Source of the DNA: Trypanosoma brucei | Taxonomy: Eukaryota | Direction: 5' to 3' | Assembly: GCA_000002445.1 (NCBI GenBank) | Contig: AE017150.2 | Coordinates: 768,001-832,000, forward strand | DNA length: 64,000 nt | In this document: positions 1 through 9,987 of the stretch, piece by piece | Layout: each line of letters begins with the position of its first letter | How positions within the stretch are numbered: position 1 is the first letter of the stretch | Notes under the pieces: generated by a model | What the model was told of the DNA's origin: nothing | Databases searched by the model: none | The model's input: the letters and a program-made list of their open reading frames with translations, nothing else | Made by a program: the position numbers and the translations under genes

Positions 1-1195
1 TCCTTCCGTCTCCGTCTCCCTCTTCCGAGTTTCGAGGTTGTAGGTTGGAAAACCCACTTCCTTCACTCCCGCGCCGGACATTACTTACTGAAGGAGTATG
101 AAGCAAAGTATTATAATCAGCACCGTCATTCTTGGCGGCCCGGTATTTTTCTCCACATTTCCCATTACTTTCTCCATACGGCAATGTTGTGAGCGTAATG
201 GACGATAAATATTCACCTTCATCGATTCCACTACATCCTTTACCACGCAGCATTTCAAGGGTTGCTTGCTCCTCAGCCGCAGCACTCGTCAGCATGCGCA
301 TCGACTCCTTCCGCCGCACAATCTTCATTAACTCGGCGTTGTGTCGTCTGGTTACGGCCACTTCTTCACGCAGTCGAACGATAGCCGAGAACACGGCTTC
401 ACAGCGCGTACGAGAATCTTCCGTTAGACCGTATTTTCCAACATCTGGAAGGCTACTTTCAGATGGCTCTTCGCTAAGAAGCAACACAAACACATCAATC
501 AATATCTTGTCAAGAATTCCCTCTCTTCTCACAGGTGCCACCATTTTGCGGGTATCATCGTACCCTCCCTTCCTGGACTGCTTTACTGAACGTCGTTTCA
601 AAGACAAGGACGGTGCTGTCTCATCTCTCTCTTCACCATCTTGTTCATAACTACGAATTGAAACAAACGGTGACTGTGAAGTTGCTCTGCTACTTGTTAC
701 AACGCCTTCACGATGTTTGGCCGCTGGAGATGGCACGCAACGTTCCTTCGTGTTTCCAACAACTCCTCCATGAGAAGCTGCTTTACCATTCCTACTCGTA
801 GGCGACCGTTTGCCTCTGCTTCGAGATGGGGCCACGGGTACCGAGGTTCGCCTCGCTCCCTTAGCGATTAGATTTATTCTCTCTTCCCCATCCTCCACTC
901 GTTTTCGTAACTTTGATATGTAACCTTCTAACTTCTGTATTCGCCCCTCGTTGCGCTTCTCGTTCTTGCGCATGATGGCTATTTCCTTCCGCAGCTCCAT
1001 ATTCGCAGTCGCCTCATCATTGAGCTGTCGAGCGGCTTGGTGCAACAGTTTGCGGTACATTACGACAGGTTTGTGGGTATGGCTTTCCAATTCCGCAAAA
1101 AGAGACATAATGTGAGGTGCAGTGTCCCTTTCGTGTATAGCACCGGATGACCCTCTCATCGCTTCGGAATTTCGATAAATCGTAGGATTTTGCAT
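1..1195 (-). CDS. Partial CDS (N-terminal ~398 codons; C-terminus lies beyond the window start). Hypothetical S/R/E-rich coiled-coil-like protein beginning MQNPTIYRNSEAMRGSSGAIHERDTAPH...
   Basis: Manual reverse-complement translation from ATG (plus-strand CAT at 1193-1195) gives an open frame with no stop down to position 1. The ORF track omits it because it has no in-window stop. It is on the same strand as all other genes. The plus-strand ORF 132..650 is antisense to it. Confidence 0.45.
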   Translation of the reverse strand, partial: MQNPTIYRNSEAMRGSSGAIHERDTAPHIMSLFAELESHTHKPVVMYRKLLHQAARQLNDEATANMELRKEIAIMRKNEKRNEGRIQKLEGYISKLRKRVEDGEERINLIAKGARRTSVPVAPSRSRGKRSPTSRNGKAASHGGVVGNTKERCVPSPAAKHREGVVTSSRATSQSPFVSIRSYEQDGEERDETAPSLSLKRRSVKQSRKGGYDDTRKMVAPVRREGILDKILIDVFVLLLSEEPSESSLPDVGKYGLTEDSRTRCEAVFSAIVRLREEVAVTRRHNAELMKIVRRKESMRMLTSAAAEEQATLEMLRGKGCSGIDEGEYLSSITLTTLPYGESNGKCGEKYRAAKNDGADYNTLLHTPSVSNVRRGSEGSGFSNLQPRNSEEGDGDGR

Positions 1196-1676
1196 GTACC
1201 TATATATATATATATATGTATGTTGTGTGCCTTTCTATGGAGGCAAATGAGTGTATGCCTTGTAAAGGGAAAGAGAGAAGTGTGTAACGGACATATTGAA
1301 CCCACAATCCCTCTTCGAATTTATGTCTCAAAGGCACATGATCCTCTTTTTTTTTTCATTTCTTTTTTAAAATACCGCTTTCCAATGACCAATGAAAATA
1401 TTATGTGAAAGCGATGAAAGAACATCAAGCGACACACACACACACACACACACACACTTTCTCTCTCTCAACTGTTTGGCGCGACCGGGGGCTTAAACCG
1501 GGTTATCATCGTGATTTCAGAATCTGCGATGTGGCACTTGTACGGTACCATGCGCGGTATGCTAAAACCCAGTTATGTCGCTGGAATAACAACATTTTTT
1601 TTTTTAAATTGAATTGTAAAGAGGGAGCCCCCTTAGTTGGGGATCTTAAGACCGGTAATGGGTTCTTCTCTTTACT

Positions 1677-1904
1677 TCAATGATTCTTCCAAATTTTGTT
1701 GCATCCATGATTACCGCTATCCCCACGGAGGTGGGGTGAATTAAGCGTGGCAAAACGTACCCGAATGTTGTCTTCATTTGCAACAAATCGTTCTTCCAAA
1801 ACCCACATATTTTTTTCCCTTTCAATCATCAACGTCGTCACACGCTCATCATACCGTTCGCGCCTCACTTCATTCCCTGTCGATCCCTCATCTTGTTGAT
1901 TCAT
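1677..1904 (-). CDS. Candidate small ORF (75 aa from first ATG; MNQQDEGSTGNEVRRERYDERVTTLMIEREKNMWVLEERF...)
   Basis: Minus-strand ORF in a non-repetitive, GC-richer island inside the 1.8-kb spacer downstream of TryS. Composition is not low-complexity. The track start at 1919 is a GTG; the first ATG is at 1904. No homology recognised. Confidence 0.2.
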   Translation of the reverse strand: MNQQDEGSTGNEVRRERYDERVTTLMIEREKNMWVLEERFVANEDNIRVRFATLNSPHLRGDSGNHGCNKIWKNH

Positions 1905-3006
1905 ATACGAATCATTCACACAAAAATTTTAATGTATAAGGGGATCACTTACGTAATAATAATAATAGTGAAAAATAAAAAGTGATAGCATAACAACAAA
2001 CCCCTAAAAGTAGTTTGTGATAAAGATGTGTACGATAACACTCCCCCTTTCTGTAAATTTTTTTTCCCCTTCCCCTCCCCTACACCTTTCGCAATTACTC
2101 CACAAACAGCACTGACAAAATAATAATGATAATAGTTATAATAATAATAAACACTCCTTTCATTGTTTTATTTATTTATTTCCTCCCTTTCCTTCCCTCC
2201 TCCGCCCATCGTGGAAGCGCTGCAGACGTGGATGCCTTTCGCATATGTTTTTTTTTAAAATAACTTGCAAGTAACATAATACAAACATCAATACTGATAT
2301 TGGAGTGTGACTCGCTGACCCCTGCTCCCCTCCTTTACGTTTTTGTTCCCTTTCCCTGGGTTTCCTCCGTTGAGTGACCCACGCAACAGGTGTTGCGACG
2401 AAAGAAAAGAAAAAAAACAACAACAGCAAAAGGAAGAGGGAGTCATACAATACCAATTTTGGAAAAAAAACGAAAAGAATGTCGAACACATAACCACCAC
2501 GATCATGCGGTAAAACGAAAGAAGGCAATTACATAGCACGAAAGTAAACGACGAGCAAGAGGAAAAAGATAAAGTAAATAAAGGGGGGACTATGGAAGTG
2601 TACGTGATGAGCACCAAAACAAAAAAAAGTAAAGGAAAGAGAGAGAGGAGGGAAAAGGCTCGGCCGGAAGCAAACATATACCAAAGGAATAAACATAAAG
2701 CACTTTAATGTCAGCACTTTGCAATCATGGTGGCCTCACTGTAGAGAGTATTACTCGGCCTGTCTGTGATTATTCATGCAGGATTGCGTAACCAAACATA
2801 TTTCCCTTACCCTTCAAGCCCACGCCAACATTCAACATATGCGCGCCCTTTAATTTGCCATATCACTCCGTATTCTTTTTCATCCCCTCCTCCTCCTCCC
2901 TTGTTTCCGTTTATCTTGTTTGTTCGTTTGTTCGTTTGATTCTTCCAACCGGCACCCATCCTCCATTCCACAACAAAAAGAACGAAAACAAAACGGAAGA
3001 GTTGTG

Positions 3007-4890
3007 CTACATTTGAATACGTACGGGACCAAACGGAGATTCGAGCCCAGTGATAAGCTTTTTGTCCTCACGTACACCTGTACCACTGTAGGTGTCACCG
3101 AGCATCCAGCCCCCGAGAATTGCGTAGTAATCGCCTCGCTTTGGTATGCGGAAAAGTTGTTGATACACCATGTCACGGTTACTGAAGTTGCCATCAGACT
3201 CAGCTAGAACTTTGCCGTCAGGTTCAGTGACGGTCACATTCCTTCCTACACGGCCAACGATGGGCTTCTTTGCATAGCCGGTGCGGCGAAGCTCATCAGT
3301 GAGTTCATAACTTGCGGGAAGTATGGCGGGGTGGTCGGGGTGATTATTATAAATAATGGGCAATATTGCTTTGTTGCTGGGAATGAGTTTCCACATAGGC
3401 TCAAAGACACGTATGTCCCAGTTATTTCCGAGAAGAATATCACACAGGCGAACCTTATCCTTTGGCGTGGGCTTCCACTCCGCGCCACGCTGCTCTCGTG
3501 CAGCTTGATGATCAGAAATCGCCGTCTCCCACATCCACGTCTTCCACACAGCCGTCACCGGAATGCCGTCCGAATCCACAACTGCTCCCTTTTCATCGAA
3601 ATGGAACTCGTCAAACATGACGCACAATTTCGCGTCAATACCAGCCTCTCGAGCCTTCTCCATCACATACAAAGCAGTATAACGTTCCTCCCCGTCATCG
3701 TCCACAAGAAAATGCACACGCCCCTTCAACCCCGTCATTTCCCACGCCCGGACGAGTGTTTGGGGCATGAATTTCCCGCTGCTTCTTGTAGCATTGTCGT
3801 CTAACCCAACGGAGTTTGCCCACTTCTCTTGGATTACAGCACATTCGAGAAGTGTCGACGCGCTGTCCGCATTGTATTCAAAGCACTTGAATTCTTGAGT
3901 GTTTTCATCAAAAACAAAGTCAAACCGCCCCGTGATGGCATGGGGCTGAGTTTTCCATGAGTGCCGGATGCGAGGCCAATACTCTTCTGGGATGCGAAAT
4001 CGACGTAACTTATCGTCGCTCTCAAGCACCTGCTTTGTTGCCTCGAGAAAGAATGAATGCAGCTGCGTACCGTAACGGACGCAGTTAAGGTACAACTCCC
4101 TGTTCATCAAATAGTAACATGATTCGTACACCCCTCCTCGAGTCGCCTCCTTACCAAATGTTTTGTAGAATTCCGCTTCGGCTTCGTTTGTCAAGTCCAG
4201 CCAGTCAGTCTTTCGATTCTCTGGAGTGAAAACAACGCGACGAAGGAAAGGCTTCTCTGGTTGTTTAAAGTAAAGTGACTCATGCAACACCAATGGTTCC
4301 TTAGGATTACGGTTTGGCCTACTAGGGAATGTAACCCACCCCAGAGGAACAAAGATTCCCTCTGCTGCATGATCCTCAACAGTCCACACACCTCCTTCGT
4401 GCTTCAGCAACAACTCTGCCGAGTAGGTCCCCTTCCACTTATGAAACCGATGGTTTTGGTCCGCAATGCGCACCCATTTGTCACCCACCTCTGTGATAAC
4501 CGCGACATGTCCCCATGGCGCATCCTCATTAACGGCGTAAATCAGCAACGAATCTGCCACGGGCTTCGCTGCTGTTCCGTTGGAAACTTTAACGCACGGG
4601 ACGGGGGTTGCAGTGCTTGCGTCATGAACCTCTGTTAGATCAAATATGTGAGCAGCCCAATTAACGTCTGGAAGAACAAGCCCTTTGGCCTCATATAACC
4701 AACGACGAGCAAATTCTACACATTGGTATTTGAAACCGCAGAAAAGATTCCCGTCAATACTGCGCTCTCCCGAAAAAAAGCCATCATGTCCGTTGCTGTA
4801 AGCAGGTACGCCACAAGGGGTGTAGCCCTGAATCTCACCAAAGGGAACGTGAGGTTCTTCTTTAGTGTCTGCAAGTGCCGACTTCGTCAT
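3007..4890 (-). CDS. TRYS: Trypanothione synthetase (bifunctional glutathionylspermidine/trypanothione synthetase-amidase: N-terminal CHAP amidase plus C-terminal ATP-grasp-like synthetase)
   Basis: 627-aa ORF. The N-terminus [65 protein letters not shown] matches the CHAP-domain start of trypanosomatid TryS. The C-terminal synthetase region is characteristic of the family. The track start at 4899 is a TTG; the first ATG is at 4890. Confidence 0.9.
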   Translation of the reverse strand: MTKSALADTKEEPHVPFGEIQGYTPCGVPAYSNGHDGFFSGERSIDGNLFCGFKYQCVEFARRWLYEAKGLVLPDVNWAAHIFDLTEVHDASTATPVPCVKVSNGTAAKPVADSLLIYAVNEDAPWGHVAVITEVGDKWVRIADQNHRFHKWKGTYSAELLLKHEGGVWTVEDHAAEGIFVPLGWVTFPSRPNRNPKEPLVLHESLYFKQPEKPFLRRVVFTPENRKTDWLDLTNEAEAEFYKTFGKEATRGGVYESCYYLMNRELYLNCVRYGTQLHSFFLEATKQVLESDDKLRRFRIPEEYWPRIRHSWKTQPHAITGRFDFVFDENTQEFKCFEYNADSASTLLECAVIQEKWANSVGLDDNATRSSGKFMPQTLVRAWEMTGLKGRVHFLVDDDGEERYTALYVMEKAREAGIDAKLCVMFDEFHFDEKGAVVDSDGIPVTAVWKTWMWETAISDHQAAREQRGAEWKPTPKDKVRLCDILLGNNWDIRVFEPMWKLIPSNKAILPIIYNNHPDHPAILPASYELTDELRRTGYAKKPIVGRVGRNVTVTEPDGKVLAESDGNFSNRDMVYQQLFRIPKRGDYYAILGGWMLGDTYSGTGVREDKKLITGLESPFGPVRIQM

Positions 4891-4983
4891 TTGTTTCAAT
4901 TGCTTTTCCTGGTATTTCCTTCAGGGACTTTCAAATAGAATTCCTTTTGGCCTTTTCGTTCGGACTTTTGTGTGGGTATTTTT

Positions 4984-5021
4984 CTGAAGTGACAGCGAAA
5001 GAACACACACAAAAAAAAAAA
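4984..5021 (-). promoter_or_regulatory. Candidate polypyrimidine tract plus AG trans-splice acceptor for TryS mRNA
   Basis: Minus-sense T11 run (plus-strand A-run 5011-5021) followed by CT-rich sequence and an AG about 95-130 nt upstream of the TryS ATG. A longer T/A-rich tract at 5279-5306 is an alternative. Signal type inferred from kinetoplastid trans-splicing biology. Confidence 0.3.
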
Positions 5022-5372
5022 GACAGCGTAACATGTATGCATATGTTTCTGCGCACACATAGCAAAATATGAAGATGCACCGGTTGTATATTAAAACAAT
5101 TATACGTTAATCCGCTGTTGCACCACAAAATAACACATACGCAGAAAACTCAGCCACTCTAACAAGAACGCACGCAAAATTAGAGGTAAACAAAATAAAA
5201 ATACTCCAACTGCAGTGTTTCATGCCCGACGATAAAAGAAACAACAACCACACAAATTCAAATGACGCCATGCATAGCAAAAAAAAAAATAATAATAATA
5301 AACAATCACACTCCCTTTCTCCTGAGTCAGTAATAACAAGGGCGGCCGCACCATCAACGGGACGCAACAACA

Positions 5373-6608
5373 TCAGTTTTGATCAATGCCAGCGCGCAGT
5401 GGTGCTACTGTGTTACCATTGGGAGCTACTTCAAGTCCTTGTTGAGTTGCGGTTTCCTCCTCCCTCTTTAGCATTTCCTCCTGCTCCTTTTCTCTACCAA
5501 ACACACGAAGCTCCGCCAGCACCTCCCGCTCTTCAATTGGTTTGCCATCCAGGGAATATTTTACTCCACTCATTAAACTACGGCCCTCCGTTTCTATCGC
5601 TTCCACAAGCTCCGGCCGTTTACCAATCCAACCCTCAAGAGGCAACAGAGAGCGTGGGGGCGCAAGGCCGGGATAAAGTGCCGTCCTTCCCGGATTAAGC
5701 GTAGACTCGGGGGTTTCCCATGCATCCTCCAGAAATGCCCTCTGGAACTGCTGCAGAAATGGCAAAGGCACATACACTTCTACAATAAACTTCGGATTGA
5801 GCATGAGTGTTTCCTTTGCCTCAGAGCCAATGCGATGGAAACCTTTAATTAGCGATTGCTGGTTCAGCTTCCCAATCTCATGGTAGAAGCGAGGGCCGCA
5901 TGTATCACAGCAGAGAGCAGGAATACGAATAACATCGGCCCGACCGTCAGGAACCTCCGCCGCCTCGTAAAGAATATTCCGATAAGCTGAAATCATTTCC
6001 ACCTGCGCCTCCTCCCGTCGGAAGCGATCGACATCAATGAACGGGTTGATGCAAATCGCCGTGTGAAATTGCGCGGAAACACCATGAGCTGCCTCTCTCA
6101 CAAATGAATTACGCAGGAGAGTTGTGTCGCCATACTGGCGCAAGTGTCGTTTGTTGCTGGAAGGTAGAGAAAAGCCACTCTCCCCCAGTGCAAGTGACGA
6201 GGAGATGCCACTTCTCCGATCTGAAGGTACTTCCCCTTCGGAATTATCTGAAACCGTTGGCCAATCTTCATAGTAGAGCGGGTTGGAAGCTGGAAAGGAA
6301 ATCAGTGACTCCACATCTTCAAGTAGCAATAAATCCACAACAAGTACACGTATTGTTTCTTCTGCAGCACCTCCCGAGCTCTCTCCTGGAGCAGATGGTG
6401 GAACTGGCAGCCCGTATAAATCACCCACTTGCGTTAGCGGAAGAAGATGAATGCGCTTTTCGAAGGCTAATGAAAACGCGTCTCGCCCACGAGGTTTGTT
6501 GAGGGTTGTATTTGATCGCCGTAGCCGCATGACACGGGAGTCATCCAATCCTGCATAAAACGAGCGGCGACCCAGTGAAGGACGGGTCCAAATTCCAAAT
6601 CTCTTCAT
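5373..6608 (-). CDS. Conserved hypothetical protein (411 aa), no domain recognised
   Basis: Long non-repetitive minus-strand ORF with ATG start (CAT at 6606-6608). Lies between TryS and MRE11 in the same orientation. Confidence 0.6.
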   Translation of the reverse strand: MKRFGIWTRPSLGRRSFYAGLDDSRVMRLRRSNTTLNKPRGRDAFSLAFEKRIHLLPLTQVGDLYGLPVPPSAPGESSGGAAEETIRVLVVDLLLLEDVESLISFPASNPLYYEDWPTVSDNSEGEVPSDRRSGISSSLALGESGFSLPSSNKRHLRQYGDTTLLRNSFVREAAHGVSAQFHTAICINPFIDVDRFRREEAQVEMISAYRNILYEAAEVPDGRADVIRIPALCCDTCGPRFYHEIGKLNQQSLIKGFHRIGSEAKETLMLNPKFIVEVYVPLPFLQQFQRAFLEDAWETPESTLNPGRTALYPGLAPPRSLLPLEGWIGKRPELVEAIETEGRSLMSGVKYSLDGKPIEEREVLAELRVFGREKEQEEMLKREEETATQQGLEVAPNGNTVAPLRAGIDQN

Positions 6609-7165
6609 TCACCAACTTCACCGGCGCTTTTCTTCCCTCCCCACCCTTTCCGCGTTTTCTTTACTAGTTACCATGTTGAAGAATACAACAGAAACAAATA
6701 AGGGTGGTGGTAATGCGAAAAAAAAAAAGCAACAAAAGAAACTCCCTGGGGCGCGGCCAAAAATAACGGGTGTATACCGAATAATACGTGAAGGAAGTGT
6801 ATACGTAGTGTCCACACAGTAATTAAAGGGGGAAAAAAATATTGCGAAAGTCATGAACAATGGGTGTGTCAACACACTCGATATCACCCCGATCGTCTGA
6901 AAAGAGAGATTTCCCATTACGCTGGGACGCGACAACTCAGAGCACAAAAGGGTGTAATCTATGCTCTATATGTTTTGTGCGTACTACTCAAGAATTACCC
7001 TTTCCTTCCCTATCTTTTTTTTGCGCATGCACAGATATAAATATATAGACAGTTATAAATAGATGCACAGATATCTATGTAACTGTCGAGAGGTACGTGT
7101 CTGTCCACAAAGTACAAATTAAAAAAAAAAAACACACACACACAAGACAAACCGACACTGTGATT

Positions 7166-9457
7166 CTAATAGTTATCTGGCATGCCAGAACTACTTGTAG
7201 AAGCACCCTTTACTCCACCCCCTACAACAGGAGGTAGTAAGAAGTTTTCATCTGGAACCGGGTCACGTGTCAGTTCAAGTGATGGAAAAAGAGGCAAACC
7301 GCTGACACCACCATCAACAGGTCGCTTCGGCTTCCGACCTCTCGCTGGTTTGGGTGCTGATGTCTCAGATTTCACAGCCTTTCCTCCACCCTTCACGGTT
7401 GAAGCATTCGGGTGTGAGTTTACCTCGTTGGTGTCGCGCTCAGTAGCAACATCAAACACATTCAGCTCATCCCGTGATCGCTTCCCACGAGTGGCGGCCC
7501 CACCAGATGCATCTGGTGGGGATAAAGAGTTACTGAAATCTGGAAAAGTAAACCCTACTTGGGAAAGCGCGTCATTAGCGCCCTCCCCGTTATTTGTGGC
7601 TCCACTTCCTCCAGCCCGCCGGGGCGCCGTGGCGGATAAAAGCCCCAATGCGGCACCATCCGCTAATTCACCCCCTACACGGGGAAAATTACCACTATCC
7701 ATCGAAGCAGCTAACTCAGTGTCGGCCCGAAGCCGCTCGGTCAGTTCGTTTCCTTGAGTGGACCGCTGCAACGCCTCTTCTGCTGCGCGAGAAAGTTCCT
7801 CGTAGCGCTTGTTTGCCTCCTTCTTGTGGCGGACAACCTCCTCATAGATGCTTTCGGGTTTCAATATAGATTCCGACTCACCCCTGCGCATCGACACCCA
7901 AACCGACTTTTGGCATTTACTCAACAGTTCGCAGATGCGCTCGTCTATAGCGTCGCGCTCACCTTTCTCAGCGAAGGCATACACCGCTGCCGACACTTCG
8001 GATTCCGACAGCAACGAACATGCATCACGCGCATTAGCATTGAACACCTCGGCAACTTTGGTGCGTATGTCGGAGGTGTTAAGTCGTGGAACCGGCACTA
8101 CGGGGGCCTCACCACCTGTCGCTGATGCGGAAGAAGCGACGCGAGGCACCTGCTTGGGTTTAATGGGACGGAGGAGCTCACTTGGGTTCACAACAATGTC
8201 CATATATTGTTGCCCAAAACGATTGATGTTCGGTTGAGGGAAGGTCGTGGAGTCCGGATCTGTGAAATCCACTGCCAGCCTCATAATTGGGAACTTGATG
8301 TTGGGGTGGAACTTAAGAACATCATCCGGAATGCGGCTCACCTGCTCTTCAGCCTCTTCAATCATTTGCTCCACTACACTCCGAAGGAAGTCCTCCACCG
8401 CGTCAAGGGTCCGACAGCCGGGATTATCCCTCCACAATTCAACTGTTCGCCGGACGACAGGACGAATACTGCGAAGGGGAAATCCTGTGACTCGATAGGA
8501 CCCTCCTCGCACCTCCAGCACTCCGTATTTTTTGGGGTTGCACTCGTGCTCAGATAATGATGTTAGGATTGTACTACCCGGCTGAATGATGTCAAACCCC
8601 TCAGATGGAGAGGGTTCCATTTGTTGCTCATGTTCATTTCCCCAAATGACAAGATCCATCCCATGACCGGCGAGCATTGTTTCGTAAATGCCACACTTCA
8701 TATTTCCACCACTGCGAACCCCTCGGTTTTGATGAAAAAGCAGAATTTTAAACCAATCTTTTCCTGGTTCAGTCTTGGGTTGCACAAAGTGCAACTTCTT
8801 CATACGAAAGCACCGATGCAATCGATCATCACGGACATTCCCAAGACCATACAAGGCGATATACGTATCACCCTTTTTCAGCAGCACAGGTTCCACAACA
8901 ATATCATCCAACGAAGATGTATGCCCGAAGTAGTTCACAAGTCCAGCGGTGGACAGAATATCAATGGACGATGTACCTCCAACCGGATCATCATGGTTTC
9001 CATGTATCATAAAAATTGGCAACGCTACATTGATGTTCGGGTCCTGGAAGTTCGCCAAAGGCACTGGATGTGTTGGAAAGTTGCGCTTGGGATCACTCAA
9101 CAGTGTAAAGGAAATGGGTTTGTCACCTAACACATATGACCGCAGAAGGGATGATGTGCGAGCCAGGCAACCGAGGCTCGGTTTGTTATCATGGAAGAAA
9201 TCTCCAGCCAGCAGAATGGCGTCAACTTCATGTTCAAGTCGGGCTGCGCGCAGGCACTCTTCGAATGTTGTGAAACTATCATCCCCACGTCTCGAATCAC
9301 GTTCCTGATATCCGAGATGATTGTCAGAAGTCACAAGGAACTTGAACGTGGAGGCCGCCAACGACGGATCTGCTTGAGTTGACGTTGGCAAGGCATGCGA
9401 CTGTGTGGATGCCCTCTCGGCCATTATTATATGTAGCACTGTAACGCGACTCCCCAT
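7166..9457 (-). CDS. MRE11: Double-strand-break repair nuclease MRE11
   Basis: Calcineurin-like phosphoesterase motifs in canonical order: LVTSDNHLGY (motif I), LLAGDFFHDNKPS (II), ALPIFMIHGNHDDP (III), GHGMDLVIWGNEHE (V). Followed by the Mre11 DNA-binding region. ATG at 9457; an alternative ATG (MAERAST) is at 9424. Confidence 0.88.
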   Translation of the reverse strand: MGSRVTVLHIIMAERASTQSHALPTSTQADPSLAASTFKFLVTSDNHLGYQERDSRRGDDSFTTFEECLRAARLEHEVDAILLAGDFFHDNKPSLGCLARTSSLLRSYVLGDKPISFTLLSDPKRNFPTHPVPLANFQDPNINVALPIFMIHGNHDDPVGGTSSIDILSTAGLVNYFGHTSSLDDIVVEPVLLKKGDTYIALYGLGNVRDDRLHRCFRMKKLHFVQPKTEPGKDWFKILLFHQNRGVRSGGNMKCGIYETMLAGHGMDLVIWGNEHEQQMEPSPSEGFDIIQPGSTILTSLSEHECNPKKYGVLEVRGGSYRVTGFPLRSIRPVVRRTVELWRDNPGCRTLDAVEDFLRSVVEQMIEEAEEQVSRIPDDVLKFHPNIKFPIMRLAVDFTDPDSTTFPQPNINRFGQQYMDIVVNPSELLRPIKPKQVPRVASSASATGGEAPVVPVPRLNTSDIRTKVAEVFNANARDACSLLSESEVSAAVYAFAEKGERDAIDERICELLSKCQKSVWVSMRRGESESILKPESIYEEVVRHKKEANKRYEELSRAAEEALQRSTQGNELTERLRADTELAASMDSGNFPRVGGELADGAALGLLSATAPRRAGGSGATNNGEGANDALSQVGFTFPDFSNSLSPPDASGGAATRGKRSRDELNVFDVATERDTNEVNSHPNASTVKGGGKAVKSETSAPKPARGRKPKRPVDGGVSGLPLFPSLELTRDPVPDENFLLPPVVGGGVKGASTSSSGMPDNY

Positions 9458-9780
9458 TTCAGAAGGGGGAAAAAATTAGTAGAAGCAAGCCGTTAAGACA
9501 GATCAAGATGAGGATAAAGGCGATGGGAAAAGTAACAAATATGGCAACTAACAAATGCCGAATGAGCCAACAACATGTGCAAGGATGCAAGCCCAACAGC
9601 ATCGACAACAAAGAACAAAGAGACGCCGCACGGGGGAGGGGGATGGTAAAAACATCCCAAAAACCCACAACCAACAACAACCCAACTGAAGAAATTTACA
9701 CGTAAGCACGGTACGATACTAATGTCATAAATATCTGTGAACAGCCACACATCCCTTCACCCTATCGAGGGGAAGAGCTA

Positions 9781-9794
9781 TCAAAAAAAAAAAA
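9781..9794 (-). promoter_or_regulatory. Candidate polypyrimidine tract upstream of MRE11
   Basis: Minus-sense T13 run about 330 nt upstream of the MRE11 ATG; no closer pyrimidine tract with a downstream AG is present. Confidence 0.25.
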
Positions 9795-9987
9795 AGTAAA
9801 ATCCTTCAGGATATCAATAAACTGGTCGACAGTTCAACTGTAGGAGCGGCCACGGGCTACACAGCCACCAACCACAAACCCTAGCGCGGTACCCACACGC
9901 ATGAGCATACAAACTAATTTACTCGATCATTTCCGAGAAAAATTGGCGCAAAGAAATGATAAACAAATGAAGTACCCACCGTAATCA

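Noticed and set aside
132-650. Plus-strand ORFs 132..650 and 535..801
   Set aside because: They are antisense to a longer, stop-free minus-strand ORF (1..1195) that matches the orientation of every other gene. Their products are Ser/Arg-rich and low-complexity, typical of antisense artefacts.
2172-2717. Minus-strand ORFs 2172..2528, 2288..2677 and 2529..2717
   Set aside because: Translations of polypyrimidine or low-complexity spacer (FFFFSF, LLLLFFFF, CCCCFF); they overlap each other in different frames.
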